Positions 54,501 to 64,000 of a stretch of DNA of 64,000 nt are shown here, piece by piece. The DNA comes from Cenococcum geophilum. Taxonomy: Eukaryota. Under the pieces are notes generated by a model, which searched no databases, was not told where the DNA came from, and saw only the letters and a program-made list of their open reading frames with translations. Both the position numbers and the translations under genes were made by a program. Numbering within the stretch: position 1 is the first letter of the stretch; every line of letters starts with the position of its first letter. Location of the stretch: NCBI GenBank assembly GCA_050273025.1, contig CP158636.1, positions 9,238,001-9,302,000 on the forward strand, read 5' to 3'.

Positions 54501-57500
54501 ACAAAAAAGTTGTCTAAGACTACCCGATTATAGAGAAGGCTATAACTTATATTAAGGGGGCCTTAATTATAATATTAAAAGATCTAGAGAAGTAATTAGA
54601 GGACTAGAGAAGTAAAAGGCGAATCTTAGTACCCGCGAATAAAGTTGTAACGCTTAAATTAATATAAGAAAGATTTAAACTCCAGGACAAAAACGAACCG
54701 AGAGTTAACCTAAGATATTAAGCATATTATATACTATTATGGATAGTATGCGTAGATAATGCGTGTAATATATATAGAGCGCCAAAAGATAAAAATTAAA
54801 AGTATTTAATAAGGATGTATTAGATAACGGACAAGGCGAAGTATTAAAACGTTAAGTATATATATAGTTAGCATTTAGTAGAAGTTTAAGAATAAGGGGA
54901 CTTAATACTTTAGCTAGGGAAATTCCTTATAGAAGAATGCCTAGATGGATAATAATGGTGGGAATGTCTGGAGAATACCTATTTATGGTATATTAAAGAT
55001 AAAAAACGAACTAAGTATTAGCCTAAGTTGGACTAAGTATAAACGGGATTTAGTAGCCAGTAGTTAGGAAAAGTAGAGGCCCATAGGACCAGAGGGAGCT
55101 AGTGGTAGAGCCTTAAACCCTTAAAGGAATTTAAGGACAATACCTAAATTTACGAGTTAAATAGCAAGATTAATAGTTTAAGGTATTAATAGATAGTGGA
55201 GTAACGAGAAACTATATCTCGCTAGTAGCAGTTAAAAGAATGGGGTTACCATATAGATAGAAGGAATGTTCTTACCTATTAGTAATAATTTTAGGGGATC
55301 TGATAGCCTATGGAGGAGGTATTATTAACCTTAAAATAAGACCTATTTAGCTAACCATTAAAGGAAGATAAGTTAAAGTGTCTTTCGATATATTACTATT
55401 GGGGAATAATGAGGCAGTATTAGGAATGCCTTAGTTACAGGAATATAATCTAAAGATTAATTGGGTTATAGGTTAGGTCGATATTAGAGATATATAATAA
55501 CGCAAGATGCAATAATAAACTAAGTTGGTATAATATTAAGTAGGAGCGACCTATGAAGAAACGGAAAAAGGGCTAAGCTATATATTAAAAAGATACTATA
55601 AATATGGCAAGAAACTATGGTTACCTAAAAGCAAAAAACTGTTAGAGTATATAGCGTGGGATTATGAAATAGAATTAGAACTAGGAATAAGTTTAAGGTT
55701 CTTTCCAATCTATAAGCTTACCGAAGAAGAAGGTAGAGTATTAAAAGAGTTTGTCTAAGAAAACTTACGAAAGGGATATATTAGACTATTATAGTTATTA
55801 GCGGGTTATCTAGTACTATTTATACTAAAAAAGAATGGTAAACTAAGGCTATATATTGACTATAGATAGTTAAATAGTATCACTAGAAAGGATAGGTATC
55901 CTTTACCCTTAATTAGCGAGATCTAAGATAGGATAGGTAATGCGTAAATCTTTACGAAGATAGATCTAAGATAGGCGTACCATTAGATTAGGATTAAGAA
56001 AGGCAATAAATAAAAGGCAGCCTTTAGGTTAAAGAAAGAACTATATAAACTATTAGTTATATAATTTAGGCTTATAAACGCACTAGCAACGTTTTAAAAG
56101 CGTATTAATAATATGTTAGGAGAATATTTAGATAAATTTATTATGGTATATCTTAACGATATTATTATCTACTTAATAAATAAGGAAGAGCATAGAGAAT
56201 ACGTTAAATGGGTTTTAAAGAGACTATAGGAAGAATAAATGCTAGTAGTAATTAAGAAATGTAAGTTCTTTACCAGGAAGACCGATTTTGTTAAATTTAT
56301 TATTAAACTAGGCCAACTTAGCATAGATCTAAAGAAAATTAAGGCTATAGTAAATTGGTAAGAACTAGAGAACGTTATATAGTTAAGATTATTTTTAGGG
56401 TTTTGTAATTACTATAAAAGGTTTATAGCGCAATAGTTAAAGGATACCGAACTATTTATATAATTAACGAAGAAAGAAGAACTATGGGTATGGGGAGAGG
56501 AATAGCGAGAACTTTTTAAGAAAGTTAAAGAGTTGTTTACCTAGGAGCCAGTTCTTAAGATTTATTAACTAGGACTAGAGACGGTTGTAGAAATAGATAT
56601 ATTAGACTTTATACTAGGAGTATATTTTATATAAAAGCATCTAGATAAATGGCATCTAGTAGTATATTATAGTTAGAAGATAATACTACTAAAGTTAAAC
56701 TATGACATCTATAATAAAGAGTTGTTAGGTATAGTTATAGTACTAAAGAAATAGAGAGCATTCTTATAAGGTATAGAAAAACTATTTATAGTTAAAATGG
56801 ATTATAAAAACCTAATAGGATTCCTAATAATAAAGGAACTTAATTAAAGATAGGTTAGATAGGCAGAGATGCTTACGGAATATTATTTTAAGATTTAGTA
56901 TACTAAGGGTATAGATAATACGTAAGCCAATATATTAAGTTAAAAGGCTAAACTACAAAATAACGATAAGCTATTAGGGGCTTTACTGTAAAAAGATATA
57001 GATAGACTAATTAGGTACAATTATCCAAAAATTATAGTAACTTAAGAGGATAAGTTAAGAAAAGTCTATAAAATACTAGAAAGCTTTTAGGTATAAAGAA
57101 TTCTAGAAGAACAGCTAGAAGATCTATAGTTAAATATATACGAAAATCGAGAAGCGAAGTATATCCTAAAAAGTATAGCAGAGCAGTTTATAGAGGACTT
57201 CTATAAGGGACTAACTTAAGGACATAATAGAGCTATAGGCTTAGTATTAAGACTCTAGAAGGAATATATTATTAACGGAATTTAGAGGATAGCTAGAAGA
57301 GTTACTAAAGAGTGTTTAGATTGCTAAAGGAATAAACTAATAAGGTATAAGCTATATGGAGGGCTATAACCTATTAAAACACTAGAGAGACTATAGGAGG
57401 TTATATTATAGGACTTTATTATTAAGTTACTAAAGTTAAGAGATCCTATTACTAGATAGGATTATAACGTAATCTTAGTGATAGTAGATAAGCTTACGAA

Positions 57501-59601
57501 GTGGGGATACTTTATAGCCTGTATAGAAGAAATCTTAGCGGAAGATATTGTTAGAATCTATATTAAAGAAGTATTCGCAAGATATAGAGTACTAAGTAAA
57601 ATCATATTAGATAAAGATCTAAGATTTATAGCAGTATTTTAGGAGGTATTTTTGGTGGAGTAAGGAGTTTAAGTAGTAACTTCTACTATATATTATCCGC
57701 AGATAGACGGTTAAACGGAAAGACTAAACTAGATACTAGAGCAGTATCTAAGGCATTATATTAATTACGCACAGAATAATTGGGTATCGCTATTACTAAT
57801 TATATAGTTTATATATAATATAACACCACAAGAAGGAATAGGTATATTACTATTTAAGGCGAATTACGGATATAAGCTAAGAACATTATTATTGCTATAT
57901 TAAGTAAAGAAAACGAGTAGTAAAGCTAAGTAAAGAATGGAGACTTTAATAAATCTTTATATAAACCTTACGGAAATAGCTAAGGCAGTATAGTAAAGAA
58001 TGAAAAAGTACTATAATGCTAAGAGATCTAAGGGACTAGATCTTAAGGAGGGAGATAAAGTATGGCTACTATATAAAAATTTTAAAAGTTAATAACTAAG
58101 CAAGAAGTTGGACTATGTTAAACTAAGACCTTTTAAAATTATATAGAGGATTTTACTAGTTATATTTAAGTTAAACCTACCAGCTAGAATAAAGATCTAC
58201 CCTATATAGTATATCACAATACTAGAACTAGCATATAGGAACGTTAAGCCACTAGTTTATAAGGCAGACACGTATAGAGGGTAGGAAGAAAATAAATGGC
58301 AAGTTTTAAAGATTGTTAGTCATAAGGATATCGACAATAAGATATAGTATAAGGTTAAGTGGATAGGCTATACTAAGACTACCTAGGAGCTACTAGAAAA
58401 TTTAAAGAATACTATAGGAAAGGTATAGGAGTATCGGAAGAAAATAGGTTAGGTAATATTAATAAAGAAGGATTGTTAAAGAATAAGTTACCTAAGGGGG
58501 ACCTAGGAAGAGTAACTACCAAACTACTTAGAGTTATTTCCTTTACTATAGAAGAAGAGTTAGTTCTTTTATTACCTAGTTCCTAAAGACCTTATTAAAT
58601 AAGTTTTTACTCCTTTAAACGGACTTTCTTACAGATATGTTTTAAATGCTGAAGATAAGCGTAAGCTAAACGCTGAGCTTTAAGGATATATGCGGATTCT
58701 TTTAAGACACGTTAAACCTTAAGCAGCGTAGAGGCTAGCTTACTATTAAGCTTTATAGTAGCAGATTAAACATAAGACCCTATAATAAATTACTTAGGGA
58801 ACTTAAAAACTATTAAGAGTAATAGGGTGCGTATACTTAACATTAGACGTAGAATAAACGTTATATAATGAACGTATATTAGCGCGAGTGTATTTAGAAT
58901 AAGAGGAAGGTTAGTAACTAAAGGGACTCGCGATCGTAATATAACTTAACCCCTCTTTCGTATAACGAGAGTAAGGAATCGCTATTACTTTACCTAGTAA
59001 TAGTATTAAGGAAACGGTATAAAGGCAACGCTTAACCTAAAAGAGAGAAGAAATTGCTTTAGGTATAATAAGCAATAATGTTAACCAAATTAATTAGACG
59101 GATATTATACCTCTAGTAAACGACCTGGAGATACTAGGTATCTTTAAGGACAAAGATAGAGAGGAGGGAGATAGTGTTACGGACGCTTTAAGTACGATAT
59201 TACGACTACTTAGAGAAGAGTTAAAAGAAGCTAGTTAGTTAATATAGGTACGGACTAGGATAGAACCCATAGAACTATATAATAAAGAATGGTAAGCGAG
59301 TTACATAATGGTTGAATGTGTTGGCTGTATTAAACGTAAGGGACGTCACGTTTAATATAGATAAGACGTACATTATATATAAGAAGGATTTTATAGGAAT
59401 ACGGTTGTGTATTTAAGGACCCTTAGTCCCTATCTAGATAGTTCTTTCCTTATAGTAATTCTTAGAACACAATTAGAGTTAATCTGTTAGGCAACCACTC
59501 CACCAATTGTTATTACGTTGTTGACTACTGTCTTTGCATTTCCTATACACCTAGCCCATTAACAGAACCCATCGTAGTTCCTGCTACAAGGTTCCGTTAT
59601 A
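51565..59601 (+). mobile_element. Full-length uninterrupted Ty3/gypsy chromovirus element F (8037 bp), RIP-inactivated
   Basis: 427-bp LTRs 51565-51991 and 59175-59601; perfect TSD TAGAG; PPT GAGAGGAGGGAG; gag ATG 52037; protease IDSG ~55190; RT ~56150; integrase ~57270-57800; chromodomain ~58295-58440. Confidence 0.95.
58475..59066 (-). pseudogene. Antisense two-exon Zn2Cys6-like/coiled-coil gene remnant in element F
   Basis: Six TAY codons (RIP products of TGY) spaced x2-x6-x13-x2-x8; a 55-bp intron-like segment at 58834-58780 whose removal restores the frame. Confidence 0.62.
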
Positions 59602-61235
59602 TAGAGGATATTTAAACAATTATAAGCAACTGCTTAGAAGAATACTACCTAAAAGCCTAACTTAGTAAACACACCTACTATAAATAGTTACTAAAGGCGG
59701 CCTAGCTACTTACAGGAGCAAAAAGGGTAAGACGATAGTATAGTATAATAGGCGAAGCGTACTACTAATAGAGCTATAAGGCCCTAAAGAATAGGCTTAA
59801 GAAGATAATATAAGAAGAGGGCAGAAATAACTAGCGCCAATTCCTAAAAGAAATTCCCTTAGACCCTACTAAACTATATAATTAGGCGCTCTAGCGCATA
59901 TTAAAGTAGAGTAAGTAAGCCGCTAAAGAGACGCTAGAAGACCCTTATCTACCTACGCTCTACTAAATAGAACGGGACTAGTACACAAATAATAATAAGG
60001 AAAAAATTAAAATACTAGCAGAGAGGTTCTTCCTAGGCATGGGCTAAGCGGACCTATAGAACATTAGTAGCTAACCCTACCCCTTACTAATTGAGATAAG
60101 CTATATACTATTAGCAAAAGAAATAAAGGACGCTATATAAAAGCTCCCTACTAGTAAAGCGCTAGGGCTAGATAAGATTCTAAATAAGGTAATTAAAGCC
60201 GCGGTAGAAGCGGTAGTAATACTACTTACTAACGCTGTAACTACCTGCCTTTAGAAAGGCGAATTACCTAAATACCTTAAAGTAATAACTATGGTTATCT
60301 TATAAAAAGTAAAGAAGAAAGACCACTCCCTTTTAAGAAGCTATCGTCTAATTACCTTAGAGAATACCCTAGGAAAGCTCCTAAAAAAGATAGTTATAGA
60401 ATATATTTAAGAAGCGGCAGAAGTATAAAAGCTACTATTATAGACATAAATGGGTGCAAGAAAGAAACAATTAAACCTTTTAGCCCTCTCCCTAATAACC
60501 TCTAGTATTTAAGTAGTATGGCAAGCTTACCTAGGATGTACTATATTTATGCTAAGCCTAGATCTAAACGGGGCCTTTTATAATATATTATATAAAAGAC
60601 TTCTATATATTCTAAAAAATAAGGGCCTATTAAACTAGATAATTAAGTTTATCTAAGCCTTCCTAATGGGGTGTACTATAAAAATTATAATTAAGGGCTA
60701 CGAAAGTAAATTAATACTAACACCTATAGGTATCCTATAGGGCTTACCCCTATTACTAATACTACTCCTCTTCTTTATATCCAAACTACTAGAGATATAT
60801 AATAATAGCTAGAATATAATCGCCCTAGGATTTATAGATAATATAAACCTAATTATATAGGGAAATATAGCTATAGAAAACTGCACTAAGCTAAACTAGG
60901 CGTATAATAGGTGTATTATATAGGCAAAATGACACAGCGCCAAATTCGCACTAGATAAATACTAGCTTATCCACTTTATAACGAAAAAGAGGGCAAGTAG
61001 TAACCTAGCCTTAATATAGGGTCCCTTGTTTAGACACACATGCCTACTATATACAGTAGTAGTAAGGCTAATAATGCTATACGGCTCCTAGATCTGGGGC
61101 CTAGGGCTAGGCGGTAAGGTGCTAGTAAAAAGCTTCCTAGAGCTATTAGCTAAGCTATAAAACTAATGCCTATATAGAGCTATAGGGGCCTATAGGAGAA
61201 CACTACGTGCCGCGCTAGAGTGTAAAGCCAGTATA

Positions 61236-64000
61236 AATTATTTAAGTATTTAGTAATACTATTCGGGCTTATAAATATCCTAAGCTTATTTTAACATTAT
61301 ATAAATAACACCCTACGTCCTTACTTAGATATCTTCTATACTACTTATATTAATAACATTCTAATATATTGTAATAACCTAACTAAATACTGGAAATATA
61401 TTAATTTTGTTTTATAAGCCCTACGCGAAGCTAGTCTATAATTAGATATAAATAAATACCAATTTTATAAAATAGAAGTCCTATACTTTAAACACCTTAT
61501 TTTTATAAATAGTATATAAATGGACTTAAATAAGGTTAAAGTAATTATAAACTAGGAAGAACTTAAGAACGTTAAGGATATAAGAGCCTTTATAGGATTT
61601 ACCAATTTCTACTAATATTTTATTAATAACTTCTCTGCCCTAGTTTTACCCCGCTTTCTATACCTAGCTAGTTAGGCCTAAATTCCCTAGAAAGATCTAA
61701 TACTAGACCTATTTAATAAGCTTACCCTAGACCTACAACGGGCTATACTGCTAGTTTTTACTACTATATAGACGCTAAAGGAACTTATAGACTAGTGCTT
61801 AGCTATTAACTAAGGCTTTTATTAAATTAAGGCACGAGCTAAGCGGTATAAAGCTAGAAACTCTTTAAATTAGACTATAGGCACTCTAAAAACAGCCCGT
61901 AGTGCCCTAGTACAATCTATAACTTTTACGGCGCTAGCTATACCTTCTACTAGTTAATATCTACTATATTAGCGCTGCATGATTCTACCAGAACTTAGTC
62001 TAACCTAACACCGTTACCTTTACTACTAGCTTATACGAAATTAATCGAATAATTAAGGAAAAGGAAAACGAGCTTAGTGGATAGGAAAGTAAGCTTATAG
62101 ATAAGGAGCTAGTAGAATAGAAACTACCTTATTAGTATTAAAAGTTTAAAGATATATTCTTTAAGGCAGTATCTAATATACTTTTACCTTACTAATTATA
62201 TAACCATAAGATCGAGATTAAGCCAGAGAAGGAAAATACCCTTAGCTATACCCCCCTCCGTAAACAATTAATTGCTAAACTATAGGCTACTAAGTAGTAC
62301 CTTATTAATAACCTAGTAAAAGGGTTTATTAAGCCTAGCTAGGCCCCTTTTACCTCCTCTATTTTCTTTATAAAAAAGCTAAATAGAGGACTTTATTTCT
62401 GTATTAACTACTATAAGCTTAATAATATAACCCGTAAAGACCATTATCCACTACCCCTACTTAATAAGACACTGGCCTAAATAAATAAAGTTAAGGTATA
62501 TATAAAGCTTAATATCCGTTAGGCTTTCCACTAAATTAAAATAAACCCCAGATCTATAAATCTTACTATATTTTAGACTTAATACGGATTATATAAGTAT
62601 AAAGTGCTTCCTTTTAGACTAATTAACGGACTGGCTACGTACAAACAATATATAAATAACGTACTCTTTAACTACTTTAATAACTTCTATATAGCCTATC
62701 TAGATAATATTATAACTTACTCTAAGAATAAGTTGGAATATAAGGAGTATATTTATAAGGTCCTATAACAGCTCTATAAGACTAGCCTCTAGGCTAATAT
62801 TAAGATGTTAGAATTTAGTGTAAAGCGTATAAAGTACCTAAGGTTTATTATTAGTATAGACGGAATTAAGGTAGACCTAGAAAAGACGGCCGTAATTAAT
62901 TAGTGGGAACTGTTACGGACCGTAAAAGGGATATAGTTATTCTGAGGCTTCTATAACTTCTACCAACGCTTTATTAAGAACTATAGTAGGATTACTTAGC
63001 CCCTTAGCTGTCTAACTATAAAGGACCAGCCTTTTTACTTTAATACCGCATATAGGCAGGCTTTTAATAAGCTTAAGAAACGACTGGTCTTTACTCCCTT
63101 ACTTACCTACTATAACCCAAAACGGCCCTTAATGCTAGAAACTAATACCTTAGATAGTATTATTACTAGCGTTTATTCCTAGAAGCAAACGGATAAAGAA
63201 TGGTACCCTATTGCTTACTACTTAAAGACTATAGTAGATACTAAGCTAAACTACCCCATCTACAATAAAGAAATGTTGGCTATTATCTCTAGCTTTTAGC
63301 ACTGGCGAGTATAGCTAGAAGGGACCCCTAAACTTATTTAAGTAGTTTTAGATTATAAGGCCTTAGAATATTATATAATAATAAAAGCCCTTACGGCCTA
63401 GTAGGCGCGCTAGGCGGATATCCTATCTTAGTTTAACTTCCTAATTATATATAGGCTAGGCGCTATTAACTGTGTAGATGCACTTATAAGACGCAAATAG
63501 GACCTAAACGGATAGGTAGCCGTAAAGATCTTATTACGGAGCTAGATACCACTATAACTGAAGTACCTTAACCCTTAGATACGGGCAGAACTAAGTATAA
63601 AATCTTTAGAAGCTAAGATATGCCCTATTAACTCTACGGAACTTAACCTTATTAATAAACTACTATAGGTAAACCGTACGGCCCCTTCTTTATAAGAGTA
63701 CCGTAAAAAGGCGAAGGACACTACTAGCCTATAGTCCCTTGAAAATGGACTACTTAAGCATTAGGCACGGCTAGCAGTGGTAAAGGAATAGAATTTATAG
63801 ACTTAACTTATCGCTAAAGCATATACCTAGGTCTCTATAGCCTATCCTAAAAAAAATAAAACCCATAAAATTATTAGTGACCGTTACTACTAGCCCAGAA
63901 TAGTTATAGATATTAACTATTATATATAGAACTGCAGCAATTACTATAGGTTTATAATTCTACAAAATAAGACCCTAGGATTATTAAAACTCCTTCTAAT
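61236..64000 (+). mobile_element. Patchwork of RIPped Ty3 fragments: RT piece, G-family gag piece (~61650-62000), then RT, RNase H and integrase start running off the window
   Basis: 62030-64000 is colinear with element C pol (15140-15410 plus 21000-22695); 61650-61860 matches the reverse complement of 1500-1710. Confidence 0.8.

Larger units (their letters stand above)
48807..61235 (+). mobile_element. Second Tad1-like LINE, 3'-truncated, interrupted by a solo LTR (49339-49726) and element F
   Basis: ORF1 knuckle remnants ~50270-50440; endonuclease VLGDFNA (~51175); RT motifs ~60160-60980 homologous to 18660-19480; reads through the F insertion site. Ends approximate. Confidence 0.82.

Noticed and set aside
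1..64000. Starship or other giant element boundary, or a telomere
   Set aside because: No tyrosine recombinase captain gene and no TTAGGG array were seen.

Overview
Repeat-dense window from a filamentous ascomycete. Roughly 90% is AT-rich transposon sequence degraded by RIP (repeat-induced point mutation; CpA->TpA and TpG->TpA changes produce abundant TAA/TAG). Two GC-balanced islands each hold one intact spliced gene, divergently oriented: a CYP52-clan cytochrome P450 (minus strand, 31834-30130, 530 aa) and a DHA1-type MFS transporter (plus strand, 37320-39054, 482 aa). The repeats resolve by LTR, TIR and TSD boundaries into nested insertions: a five-layer stack at 4705-30071 (Ty3 > pogo/Fot1 > Ty3 > Ty3 > Tad1-like LINE), further nests at 39.6-61.2 kb, and five TSD-flanked solo LTRs. 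The most unusual items are (i) a Ty3 family present in three copies whose reconstructed sequence has a spliced antisense gene with Zn2Cys6-type cysteine spacing plus a probable coiled coil, and an extended Gag with three C-x4-C-x2-H repeats; (ii) a 1.57-kb non-coding poly(A)-tailed retroposon with a 12-bp TSD and two minisatellite arrays, whose 3' tail recurs upstream of the P450. Protein motifs in the transposons were read by manually reverting RIP changes and are inferences. No database searches were run and the species cannot be named.
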